A stretch of 64,000 nucleotides of DNA, taken from the NCBI RefSeq assembly GCF_030684315.1, contig NC_081369.1:2160689-2224688 (forward strand). The letters are read 5' to 3'. Below, piece by piece: positions 38,780 through 51,556 of this stretch (position 1 is the first letter of the stretch; every line of letters begins with the position of its first letter). The DNA comes from Stegostoma tigrinum (Eukaryota). The notes below the pieces were generated by a model. It worked only from the letters and a program-made list of their open reading frames with translations, had not been told where the DNA came from and did not search any database. Made by a program: the position numbers and the translations under genes.

Positions 38780-41700
38780 CCAATATTGTCTTTATTTTAA
38801 TGAAAAAATGTTGTTTTACTTTGCTGATTTTTTTGCTGTCATATATTCATTGATCATTTCAATGCATCATGTGTTATGAAACAGTCTAAAGAATCCTTAA
38901 CAATCTGAATCTTTGTAATGATCTAGCTCGATAGACCATAATCCTTCAATAAATAGTGCATAGGGTCGCCCCAAGGATAAGAAAATAGGTGTCAGCATTC
39001 CAGGGTTGGTTTGAAAGGCCAAAGAAAAATTACATACACTTGAACAGGCAAACATAAGCAAACATGACTAAATATGTATTACTGCACATGTAGCTAATGA
39101 ACTTAAAACATAAACATTACAGGTCAAAATATTCAGAATGATAATGGGGTAATTATATGCGAACAAACAAAATATGGTAAAGCATCCCTCAGACTGAACG
39201 CTCAAATGGCGTTGCATCTGACACTTATTGAGATAATATCTATGTATCATCAAACTCGACCGAACACCAATCTACTTTGCCAAGGGCTTCCAATTGTTCA
39301 CTTGCAACATCAACGACTGGGATGTCCTAAATGCATCTTTGACTCAGACTGCCTTAACCACTTCTTGGATTTGCACAGTTTACTCTCCACTCCTAGGATC
39401 GAATTCTCCAGATTTCCTGAAATTGCTTGCATGTATTTAATCACTGGAACAATCTCAGTTTTTGTTAAATGAATCGCTGAACTATCGCTGAATTTGTCTA
39501 ATTTACATTTTTTTAAAGCGAGCTGCATGATGCAAATTATGCTCTGGAATCCCTTATGTTCACCTGCAGCTGCAATAAACAATGACCGGCTCCCGGACTT
39601 GGTTTCCGCACTAATATTATTTCCATGGAACAGAGCTAATGTTTCTTCCTGACCTCTAACTGCCCGATGTCTGCTAACAACAGCAGTTGTGCTAACAAGT
39701 TGTAGAGCTGGATGAACTTAGTAGGCCAAGTAGCATCAGAGGAGCAGGAAAGCTGACGTTTCGGGCCTCGACCCTTCTTCAGAAATATTATCTCAGATTC
39801 TCCAAGCATCTGCAATTCCTACTATCTCTGAAGCAGTTGCGCTTCCTAGTGCCACCGTTCTGCTTCGTCACTTTCCAGATCCAAACATCATTTATAAGCA
39901 GCAACAAAAATAAGGTGAAACAAGAGACTCTTAATCTCGCTATATCCCTGATAAATGGCCCTCTCTGAGCTATCCTTAACTAGTCTTTTTGTTGAACAAT
40001 AACTTATTTGCATTTCCTTCAATATGCTGATATATTTTTCTCTTTGCTTTTCAGTGTTCACCAAAGACTTTGATTAATTTTGCATTAGCTCCCAAAACAA
40101 ACTATCCTAAACTGCGTTTACAGCAAATAACATAGACACCATATCATTGACTTAGCAACATCTATTATTTCTTATTCTCGCATTTTCAATCGTTATCCGC
40201 TTAAAGCAACTCCAACATTTTGTGTTTTTCTCTTCCATGTACTTCAATTGCACAGTTTACATTCACTGCAGCTAAACTTAACTGTGATCATTTAAAAAGT
40301 CATAAAATATTTGAACTAGGTATTTGCAACAGATGCAAATTAGTATGCATTATGTTCATTCTGTTGATCATGTCGAAATCAATTGTTCTCATGGAGGGGC
40401 AGAATTAAACTAACTTCTTTGTTTTCAGTATTGCAGAATACATTTGAGTTCCAAATCTCGATCAGTTCAATTGATTATATACTTCCAAATTCCAGACTTA
40501 AGATTACTGGACAGGAACAGCGGGTAATAGCTGCGTATTTTGAACATTATGCTTCGATAATGTAGAATGAACACGGCTTTATTAAAGGAAAATTATGATT
40601 TACAGAGTTTCTGAATGTACTTTAAAATGGAGTATATTATAGTCAGATTTGTTGACGGTACAATCGTTAAGTGGAAAGCAAAATGTGAGTGCTGCATTAA
40701 AAGAAACGTGCAAAGGCGTCTCGCTGGGTTCTGTGACTGTGCAGAAGTTCTGTAGATGGAATGCTGTGCAGGAAAATGCATAGTTGTCCACTTCGGCGAC
40801 TAGGACAGAAAATCAGAAAAGAATTTGACTAAAGAATGTGGAAAGAGGCAAGAGGGATCTAGCTGTTCTCTGACATGTATTTGAAAAACATTATTGGCCA
40901 GGTACACAATAATGAACAAAACAGTATTAGAAAGGACATGAATACTAAGGTGTAGTGCAGGAGGATGGAGCGTAGAAATGTTTTCGCATTGATGAGTTTG
41001 CACTTAGCTAATAAAGATTGCTTTGCCACAAAGTTTTAATCTTGCACAAAAAGGAATGCACTTGCGCTCGTATTGTTCAAAGACCACGTACTTGTTTGAA
41101 TTTCAGAACACTGTTCTCATATGTGGCAAAATTCAGCAGATTGGAACAGACAGGCAGTATGCTATGGAAATTCAACAGGACTGCCGTAATATGTGGGGTG
41201 AAAACAGAATAAAAGTTTCAAGTCTGGTATGATTCTTCTTCAGAATTCAGGGTTCATACTAGACTAAAATCATCCTTCTGAAGAAGGGCTATTGAACTCT
41301 CGGCATGTACTGTTCTTTCTCCACAGGTGCCGCTGTGAAAATCACCAGCAATTTTTGTTTTTGTTTCAGATTTCCAACATCACGCAATTTTTTTTGATTT
41401 ATATTAGGACGTGGAAAAATTGTTTCAAAATAAAGTGCCTCACATGTATCTTCGCAAACAATTGTTGTACTTTGGAATGTTGTTTCTTAGAGAGGTAAAT
41501 AAATATATTTAATGCAATTCAGGTACATCTTGAAGAAACAAGGGGATCAGAAGTTGGAGAGGGGCATGGTATGCATGGTAAAAGTATATAAAAGTAGAGT
41601 AAAGCCAAAATGAGGGTATCCCGGAACTTATTGAATTGAAGCCATGGCTCGAGGAGCTAAACTGTTCAATTGTTTCTGAACTTGCTGTATTCTAATCATC

Positions 41701-42215
41701 AAAACTGCTGAACAAATGAAGAAGTGTATTCCAGGTGACTAAGAATGTAAATACATAACACCTTCCCAATTGGGACAGGTAAATAAAATGTGGAGCCATA
41801 AATAAGTGACTAAAACACAATTTGCACCGTTACTCCAACAGAAGGCAATCCACATTACATTTGCTGTTGTAGTCGGCTATGCAAAGGAGGAATTTATTTA
41901 ATAGCTGCTGCCATTTCAGCATTCCATGACTTCAGATTCCCAGCAGTGCTAATAATTTGCATTTTTCCCACAATACTTTTTGAGAATACTTTTTGCCATT
42001 TTGTTGCCATTCCATGCCAGTTTCATGCGGAAACAGCACAAAACATTCTTATGTAGTTGCTTGGACCAAATGCATTGCATAGCAATCATATTTAACAGCA
42101 AACCGGATATACCAGATAGACCAGTATGATCTTTCTTTTAAGTATCATGATATTTAAAACATTTCAAAGCCCACAGTAAGCAACATAGATTACGTTGCAC
42201 TGCTAGCGTGCAGTA

Positions 42216-42246
42216 TCACGTGACCTTTTTTATATTGGGTGTGGGT
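42216..42246 (+). promoter_or_regulatory. Candidate proximal promoter of gene B (E-box TCACGTGA, TATA-like TTTATAT, GT-box GGGTGTGGG)
   Basis: The motifs cluster about 95-125 nt upstream of the leader ATG in non-repetitive sequence. Confidence 0.4.
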
Positions 42247-42340
42247 CAGTTGGGCTAGTTGGTCAATTGAGAGTCGTGAGGCGAGAAAATAGTAGAACTT
42301 CAGTTCATTCGTTAAAAACGGATATTTTGTCTTGTTCAAA

Positions 42341-42380
42341 ATGACTGCCCTCGCTTTGCTTAAGTGTGTGGTCATCCTAG
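42341..42380 (+). CDS. Gene B exon 1, signal peptide MTALALLKCVVIL(A)
   Basis: caaaATGA start context, hydrophobic codons, CTAG|GTTTGT phase-1 donor, 124-nt intron. The signal peptide continues AFGSASS in the V exon. Confidence 0.8.
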
Positions 42381-45300
42381 GTTTGTTTCGCAGTTTCTAT
42401 TTTAAACCTTTGTGCTCACTCCTGGTTGACTACATCCCTGTCAAATGCAAGTCAGGTCCAGCATTTTATTAATGGATTTTACCTTTCTGTTCTTTCTTTG
42501 AAAGCTTTTGGCTCCGCCAGCTCCCAGGTGTTACAAAGGCCCCAACGCATGGCTGTGAATTTGGGTTCAAATATAAGTATCTTTTGCGAGTTCAGTCTTC
42601 TGTCAGATGACTCAGAAGCGAATATTTTCTGGTGGAGACTTGGCGACAGTGTACTTGAGCATCCTAACTCTGACTCGAGAAGACAATATTTTAAGAGAAA
42701 AGGACAAGGCACATTCAAGATCTTTGACATCGGTCTTCAAGATGCTGGTGTTTATTACTGTGGAGTCCAACAACAAAGTGATATTGTTATTAACGGGACT
42801 GGGACAACACTTGTTGTCCATGGTGAGTTTCATTGTAGCTGTTGCAATTGATGAGAATTCTTCCAAGTTCATTGAATTACTTGAAATGTTTGACATCAGG
42901 TTAATGTGATTTGTGTCTGACGTAAGTATGTTCGTGAGCCTTTCGAATCTCGTCTCTTGCCCATTTATTTTCAATATTCCTTATAAGGTATAAGGGATAT
43001 GTTTTCTTCACAGAATTGATAATGACCAGTCATTAATCAGTGAACCTATTTAAACCTATTTGTATTACTGCAACTCTGACTAGGTTGTTAAGATTACTAA
43101 ATCATTGGAGACTAGTGTAAAATGTTCAATTTGAGTGATGTTGAACCCATTACCATCATTCATATATACACATATCTAATTTCATATGAATAAGTTCTCT
43201 ATTCTGTTCTAATTTCTATACAATTTGGCAATTCTAAAGGTTAATAGTTTGATATTTTGAAACTTTATTGTAGAGTCGCAACAAAATACTTGAACTCTTA
43301 AAAATATTGAAGCCAAAGATGTTTGTCATAAAATGTATGCTTACAGATATAACTGCCCATTTTATATACTATTGCCCTAATTATGCAACTTCCAGAAAAT
43401 GGTTACAGTACTTTGCAATACAAAAGTGAGTTGGGAGAAGAATAATTGTTCAAACACGTAAATAGATGTTTCATTAATCAGTTTATATAGTGAATACATT
43501 CACAGTTCACAGTGGCACGGTAGTGGAGCTTGTGGCAAATTTTCTTGGAATAATTATGAACAGAATTCAGGCTGATTTTCCATAATGCCATAAAATCAAA
43601 TATCTGACAAGCCTTCATTGAATAAACAAATAGCTGTTTATGGTCATTTATAGTTCTAGCTTTTTTTTAATATGTTGACCTTCCCCCAAAATTTCAAATT
43701 GAGCAAGGAAACTTCCATATCTTATCAGGCCCACTATTCCAGAAATATTCCAACATTTAACTGATGGACTTGGGTTGCTCTTTTACTTCAGCTGTTGGGA
43801 TGACTACTGTGTTATACCAGTTCATTTGAGTTGGGAAAACAACCAATTCATGTTTATCCTTTTGGTGGTAAATTATTCCACAGCATATTTGGAAAGGAAG
43901 TATAATATTAAAACTGGAAAAAAAAACTGTGGATGCTGTAAAACAGGAACAAAAACAGAAGTTGCTGGTAAGAGCTCAGCAAGTTTGGCAGCATCTGTGA
44001 AGAAAAAATCAGATGTAATGTTTTCGGTCCTTCTGAGGAGGGGTAACTTCTGTTTTAGTTCTTCAAGTATATTGGCTGACATTCCTCTCTTAATCTGTAG
44101 GACATTGGTGAGACCACATCTGAAACAGTAAACAGATGAATGCATCTCATTGTTATTTTATTTGACACTTGAATCATGAATATCTGTTTTAATTCTATGA
44201 AATACTATGAAATCTGTTCTATGAATCAAAATGCCATAATGGCATTGATATATGGGGCCATATGAAACAGAAGAAAAAGTAAAATTTGTTTTTTTCGAGG
44301 CTGCTCCACAATTCAATATGATCATGGCAGATATATTTGTATTTTGAATAGCGCGTTCTCACCCACTCCCGATGATATTTGATTCCAATGTTTGATAAGA
44401 ATCTACTTATCTCTGTTGAAAAAAACTCCTGATCAAACGCCACCACCTTTAGAGACAAACCTCAAAGACCTAACAGAGAAGGAAATAATCTCCTCAGGTT
44501 GGCCGTAAAGAGTGAGACCTAATTTTAGAACAGCATCCTCTCGATCTGGCTGATCCAGAAGACGAAGCATCGTTTCCATGTCCATCTTGTCAAGACCATT
44601 CAGGATCAAATAAATTTCAATCATGTCATCCTTCACTCTTCTAAACTCCAGTGGAAACAATTCCAGCTTGTCAAGTCTATTCTCTTTATTTCTCTTATTG
44701 AATATTATCATTAACTTGTCGACATATTTGCAGAATGGTGATGATGACCACTCTTTGTTCTTTATTCCTCTTCTGACTTAGCTACTAATGCTTTGCTCCT
44801 TGGGACATTCCTTGTTGGTTCTACCTACCTTTCTGCAGCTACCTCTTTATGTTTGAATGTTATTGTTCCACCATAAGGCCAAATAGCCTGCGACAACACT
44901 TTAGGGATTCTATGAGCCTTGTGATAGAATCCTAGCCTTAGCCATAACCAATAATCATTTATACTGCCCTATCTCTCCTTTTCCTTTCCTGACTGTATTT
45001 CTTAATTTTTGTTGCAGTCATTGTGGACAACAACAATACGGCCCATTACTTCAGCCGCATGCTGTTACACTGGTGGCTCAATTACAGCCCCAGCATGGAT
45101 GCCATGAATCTGAATTAGTTTTTAGTCATTTTCAGTCCCAAATTGGAAACTGCAGTAAAGATTATGATCACTATGACTTTTGGATGAATTCAGTGCAAAG
45201 CCCTTACTAGTGAACCCTGTCTTTCAGCACCTCCTGTACATAGCATTCTTTCAGATCCTTTGATGCTGAATGAAACTGCCCTTGCACCCCCTTTCAGCAG

Positions 45301-48300
45301 TAAATATGGATGGTAAATAAAGGATACTCATCTATTTTTCAGCTTCAGTTCAAAATGAGTGCCCTGATCACAGTGCAAGATTATTGTGGTCACTCCTAAT
45401 GACTGACCACAGGAGTCTCAAGTATAGAATTTTGATTGTTTATTCAAACATATACAGGCAGAGTGTCCACTCAAATGAAAACTCTACTGTCCACAAGAAA
45501 TTCATGAATTCGTAAATTTTAGTCAAGTCCACAAATTCTACCCTTGTCAAAACACAGAACGCAATAAACAGATCTTTCTACTTCTCACCTATAATGTTTT
45601 CTTCAATACTGATCAGTTGATTCTATTCCCTACTTTTGCCTTCTAATCAATTAATCCTTCATGGGTCCCAAAGCTTTCAGGAATATCCCTGCTGTTCTCA
45701 GCCATACTGGTGTTCAAGGCTTATCTGGAAAAGTATTTGTTCAAATGTACTGTGAACATAGAGATCAGTATTTCACATTTTAAGTCCAGATAACTCTCTG
45801 AAATTGGCTATACATGATATGCCTTTGTCAAAACCATACTGACTCTTCCCAGTTAGCTTCTGATTTTCAAAATGAACAATATTTCAAAATATTATCTCTT
45901 TAATGATCGATTCTACAGTTTTACACATCATAGTCACAATGTAAATTCCCTTTAGTTTATTGTTTTCTTCCTCCTTCCTTCATGGAATAGAATGGTTGTG
46001 TCTATTATTTTACAATCTGATGAAACCTTTCTTGAATCTATAGCGTTTTAGAAAATTAGCCCCGATACATCAATCAGTTCATTTACAAGTTCTTTTAGGA
46101 TGAACTTTATCTGGACTCCAGACAGGCCAGATTTGATTAATACAACTTCTTGCATGATTGTAATTTGCTGAATTCATCAAGCCCTTCCATTTCCTGAATT
46201 ATAGCTATTACTGAAATGTATTTTGCACTCTGTGCAGTGAACACAAAGCAAAATATCTGTTCTTGTCAATGCAATTTCATCACTATCTACAATCAACACT
46301 TCATTTTCATTCTCTAGAGAACCAAGATTGACTTTGCTGACTCTTTTCCTTGTTAAATACACTTAGATGCCCTTGCTCTCCATTGTTGCATTGCTATATA
46401 GCTTCCTCTCAGACTCTAATTTCTCTTGGAGATCCTCTGGCGTTCTTTATATGCTGACTAATAATTTAGCCTGGTGCTCATCGTTGGGCAATTGTGTGTG
46501 TTTTGCTTACATTTGATGTTTTCCCTCACTTCTTTAAATAACCATGGATGATGGGTCTTCTCTTTTAGGATCTTTCTTTGTCATGGGAAAATACTTATTC
46601 TGAGTTCTCAGAAACATCTACTTTAATGCTTGTTAATCTGTCTACAGTGATATATCCTCTAGCCTAATATGCCAGTAAACTTCTGCTCACCCAAGATAAT
46701 TCACCATATTGGAGACGTTATCATATTTAACATTGTGAGGAACTGCTCGATGAATGTTGTTGTTTCATAAGTGCTCTTTTAATTACTTGGTTTCCACCAT
46801 CTTAAATTTAAAAATTTAAAATGAAGTATAAGATGTAGTCATTGCATTCTTCTTCTTTTCTGTATATAATAATCAAAAATTTCAACATTGAACAATTTTA
46901 CTTAAACCCCATTATAGCTCCACCGTCTCCTCCAACTATACTATCCAAAATGTCAGATGAGAATTCAAGCATCTATCTGCACCTCATATGTGAAGCAGTT
47001 GATTTTTACCCAGAGGCCATTATCTTCAATTGGTACAAGAATGCTAGAAAGATTACAAATGGAATTAAAACTACACAATACTTGAACTCAGAGGGACTCT
47101 ATCAAGCATCCAATATTCTGCAAGAGTTACAACCAATCCAGGAAGGAAGTTCTTATATTTGTTTGATATTGCATAGCACCCTCCAGGCTCCAAAGTTATC
47201 CACTTACACGGTGTCTAGTTCTAATCAAGGTAAGATGTAACTTTATTTTTGTAAAAATCATTCGGCTGGCTTTTGCTGAGAAATATCACTGTGGCTGGGA
47301 ATTGTCATTTATTGGGAAATTAGGTACTGATGTCTGGGGTCTGCTTGTGGGTATGTAAGCAAGAAATGTAAAAATCATCTCCTCCATATGCTATTGGATA
47401 ACTCACAGTGTTTCATCAGACATGAAATTGCTGTGCATCCTGTGTTAGATACGTGTGACAGTATTTGAAGTATTGCTGTTTAATGAGACTTTCTAAGCAG
47501 AATAGCTACTGACGCTTGAGAGAATAATTTCATGCAAAGAGAAAAATACTCATGAAGAGTTTTCAGTCAACACTGCTAAGTGATCAAGCTGTAGAGAAAG
47601 GAGAAAAAAAATAGGGTTTGATCAACAAGCTGTGGTCTGACAAATTATGTTGATAACATTTCAACATTGCCTTGCATGTTGAGTGGTAAGCTTGATCAGT
47701 AATAAGATCAGCACAAATGAGTATTTTGTTGCATGTAAATGAACACTTTGAAAACTCATGCAAACATGTTTAAAATGTACAAAAATGTACATAATTAATT
47801 CAGTAAGATGATATAAGTTAACTTTGAATCAGTGGAATAGACTCCATTAGATTGACACATCCATATCACAAAGGTAGATGGTCAACTCTGTTGGGTCCCA
47901 AACATTAGTATCAAGACATCACCACAAGATTTGAAACTGCAGTTTGCTAAATCCAACTATCTTCAGTTACTTCATTAATGATCTTCACTTCTTCCTAATG
48001 TCAGAAATGGAGATACTTGCTGGTGATTGGACAAAGTTGGCATCATTGAGGCTCCTGAGATACTGAAGCAGTCCACTTCCATATGCAGGAACCCTCTACG
48101 ACATTCAAGTTTGAGCTTATAAGTGGCAGTTAACTCCACAGAAATGCCGGAAAGTGACCAATTTCAAAAACAGCAACTCTGGTTAGCTCCCCTTGAAGTT
48201 CTAAGATTTTATTAATGATTAGTCCACCACTTTCAACATTCTGGGGCTTACCACTGTCTTTGAACTGCACTAGACCAGGCACATAAGTATTGCGGCCACA

Positions 48301-51083
48301 AGAACAAGTAAGAATATAGATATCTGTGGCATGTAACTCACCCTATATCTTCCAAATCCCTACAATGCTGTTCCAAGTCAGAGCATTGTTCTGTGCTGGC
48401 ACAATGCCGACAATTTTTAACCAACTGGACAATATTGATGACAAAGCCAATGACGTTTCCTTGGCACACAATCCATCACATTCAATATTGATTTCCTTTA
48501 CTACTAACTCACACCACTGTTGTGGGTGATATCCGCAAGGTGCATTCCTGAATTCTGCAAAGCTTCCTATGTCAGATCATACTACTGTGCAATCCACAAT
48601 GAAGAATAAGAAAGATAGGACTCCCATTAAATCACCAGCATCTCCAATCTAGTCACACACTATCCTTGGGACTTGGAATACTATCATTGTTTCAAGCATT
48701 CAAGCAAAGAAGTTGCTATTTTAGTCTGTAGCTTAAATGGAGGAATGGTAAATCTTTCCAGTTGTATTTTCGTCTAGATTTTCATGATCACTATTATATG
48801 AAGGGAATGTTTTACATTAGCATGTAAATACAATCTTGCCATTTAGGCCATAATTTACAACTGCTTGTTCTGGGATAAGAAGCCCAGTTGTCTCTCATGT
48901 GACAGTTGCATTGGAATTGCTTGGTCAAGCAAGGAGTCCATGAATATTTCATGCCACTGTATTGATTGGTATAAAGTTATTGGAGAAACTCATAACTGCA
49001 TAGTGATAAAGCAATGACATTTTCTAATTTATATATGCAATCTTGTGGACTGAGCATGACATACACCCGCTAATGTGAGAAAACAAAATGAGCATTATTT
49101 GACCCACACAAGAAATACAGAGGAATTCCCATTGATCCTGTGGGATTAGAATGAAAACCAAACCACAGAAAGGTGTTTTGAAGGATGTGTTCTTTTCAGT
49201 TGCTCAGTGATGCCAGCAAAAATTGACAACAAACTGTGAACATGATCCTTTGCCAGTTCATTTTAAATCTACCCAGACGCAGGCATCTCCAGACCTATTC
49301 TCGAGCACAGTTTTGAAATACTCGAGTGAAAACAGTTTCAGGCACTTTTTTTTCACTCTTCTCTAGTTGAGTTTGAAATCTTTGGAGGTGCATAACTGTT
49401 TACATATTTCTAAAAGCAGCTTACCTTTCAATTTTAATTGGAACAATGTTTGAATAACAAACATGCACTTAATGAAAAAGAGTTTAATTTCATGAAGCGA
49501 AAAATTAACTTCAGCAACTTTTCAATGTTTCAATCATAATTACAGACATCTCATCAGCCAATGCTTGATAAAATTTCCCAGAATTCAGAGTTAAATTTTA
49601 AATAGGTTTAGGTGCAACATGGTGCTAATATGACCAAATTCTGCTCAGAACCATTCTTTACTCATTTCACATGATAACAAACAGAATGCATTTGAAAACA
49701 TTTCTAAATGCTGGCATTTCACCAATTTTCAAGCTTTAGGACATAGAACAGTTTAGCATAGGAATGGGCCCTTTGGCCCATGATGTTGTGCCAAACTTGA
49801 GCCCCTGGATGGCTTTATACAGCAATGCTCTTCAGGGTCCTGCCATTAACTGCATACTTATCCTTAACATTTGATCTCCCGAAGTGCAGCACGTCATCAT
49901 TACCCAGATTAAACTTCATCCGCCATTTCTCCACCCATATCTGCAAATGATCTATATCCTGCTATATCCTTCGACACTATCCAAAACTCTACCAATCTAT
50001 GTATCATCTGCAAACTTACTAACTCATCAAAATCATTTATGTAAATAGTAAACAGCAGAGGTCCCATTATGGATCCCTATGGAACACCTCTAGCCAGAGA
50101 AACACACTTCCATCATTACCCTCTGCCTTCCATGGGCAAGCCAATTCTGAATCCAAGCAGCAAAGCAACAGTGAATCCCATGCATCTTAATCTTCTAGAT
50201 GAGCCTACCATGAGGGGCTTTGTAGGAAGCCTTCCTAAAATTCATGTGGACAGCTTCCACCTCTTACCTTCATTACCACCTTTGACATATTCTTGAAAAA
50301 TTCAGTTGAATTAGTAAGTCATATCCTGCCCCTCATAAAACCACACTGTCTGTCCCTAATTAGGTCATGTTTTTACAAATGCATGTCAGTCCTATCCCTA
50401 ACAAGCCTCACCAATAGCTTTCCGACCACTGATGTGAGACTCATCGGTCTATAGTTTTCTCGATTGACCCTATTTTCCTTCTTGAACAAAGGAACAGTTC
50501 ACTACTCGTCAGTCGTGTGGGATCTCTCCCATAGCTAATGAGATGCAAGGCATTGTTAGCATTTTTACTATTGCATATTAAATTTTAAATCACTTGGGTA
50601 TGTAACTTCAAAACAAAACTTATTAAAAAAACCAACACCATTGTATTGTAATAGTAATGCTGTTAAATTATTTGTAAAATTCATACAGTACAAAGTCTGG
50701 AATAGAATTTGTAGCATTATGTTAGTTATACTATAGAATTGAATCAGTAACTTGTATCATAATAATTTATAACTGGCCATTCATTTATTGATAAATTTAT
50801 TTTTTGAGATAATCTAGAAAATTCTGCAGTTTAATTTTGTGCTATTTACATCTTGCAGTTCCCAAAATTGGCTTATTAATCCAATTTATATTGGTCATTT
50901 TTCTAATCCTGATTTTGGCCTTCATCCTCATGGATTACTGTAAAGCAATGCATTTCAGAAGGTAAGAATCTACTGAATGAAGTGAAAAATTGTGCCCTTG
51001 TGGAACAACTGAGAAAAATTGAAAGTAACTTGTATATTTCTTGCAGCATGCATAACTTAAACAAACCGTACAGGGACCAATAA
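42341..51083 (+). CDS. Gene B: spliced IgSF type I membrane receptor (leader-VJ-C1-TM-short tail), 269 aa; paralog of gene A
   Basis: Exons 42341-42380, 42505-42822, 46918-47229, 50859-50961, 51047-51083. Phases 1,1,1,2 are compatible and 810 nt are open from ATG to TAA. The terminal exon is the least certain. Confidence 0.83.
42505..42822 (+). CDS. Gene B exon 2, V-set Ig domain with in-exon J-like strand
   Basis: SQVLQRP...ISIFC...IFWWR...FKIFDIGLQDAGVYYCGV...INGTGTTLVVH. Acceptor ttctttctttgaaag, donor G|GTGAGT. Confidence 0.93.
44220..44700 (-). mobile_element. Old CR1-type LINE fragment in gene B intron 2
   Basis: RLDKLELFPLEFRRVKDDMIEIY peptide. Confidence 0.6.
46918..47229 (+). CDS. 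Gene B exon 3, C1-set Ig domain
   Basis: APPSPP...LHLICEAVDFYPEAIIFNWYKN...GLYQASN...YICLILHSTL. Shows the FYP, WYKN and Y-x-C-x-x-x-H C1 motifs. Donor G|GTAAGA. Confidence 0.93.
49740..50550 (-). mobile_element. CR1-type LINE fragment in gene B intron 3
   Basis: Reverse-orientation CR1 tail (acatagaacag...) and RT-like sequence. Confidence 0.65.
50859..50961 (+). CDS. Gene B exon 4, transmembrane segment
   Basis: tcttgcag| VPKIGLLIQFILVIFLILILAFILMDYCKAMHFR, donor AG|GTAAGA (phase 2). Confidence 0.85.
51047..51083 (+). CDS. Gene B exon 5, short terminal tail (S)MHNLNKPYRDQ*
   Basis: 85-nt intron with acceptor atttcttgcag. Reading from phase 2 reaches TAA at 51081-51083, which overlaps AATAAA at 51079-51084. 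Confidence 0.55.
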
Positions 51084-51556
51084 ACCTGAACTATTTATTT
51101 ACCCAGTACTTAACACAGTTGATATTATTCAGAAATTGTTGTGGAATTATGGAATCACATGTAACTTTGAGTGCTCTGTCAGTGAAGCATTATGTTATGG
51201 GTTTCGAAGGATGGATTGCTTTGATATGGTCAGTATTCTGCCTTTTGTGAAGAGCCTGAGAAGCATGTTGTTTGACACAACCAATACTTTTTGGACAGAT
51301 GGCCTAATATCTGGCGTCAGTCTAGTGCTGAAACTGACACACCATATTTCACATTTGTGTGATAAGCAGGGCATCCTTTATTATTGGCCAGCTACATCAT
51401 TTTTTAATATGCAAGATATGTTATTTAAAGTAGACTGAACATTCTTTTCAGGACCAATAGTGGTGACTTGAGTTCCATTCTTCCATAAAATTGACTGAAA
51501 TTGATACTTAGTACAATTTACATTGAAAGATTGTATAAAAGCACTTTAGCTGAAAA

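Noticed and set aside
29440-47000. Recombination signal sequences or separate D/J segments (for example CACAGTG at 43508, CAAAGTG at 42774)
   Set aside because: No nonamer at 12/23 spacing for the heptamers examined, no FGxG J segments noticed in the V-C introns, and the J-like strand is already in the V exon.
42341-51083. Assigning gene symbols (CD8, NCR3, PDCD1, SIRPA, TCR or IgL)
   Set aside because: The architecture fits none exactly: CD8, NKp30 and PD-1 lack C1, SIRPA has two C1 domains, and TCR needs RSS, a hinge Cys and a charged TM. The gene B tail has C-x3-H rather than the CD8 CxC/CxH motif.
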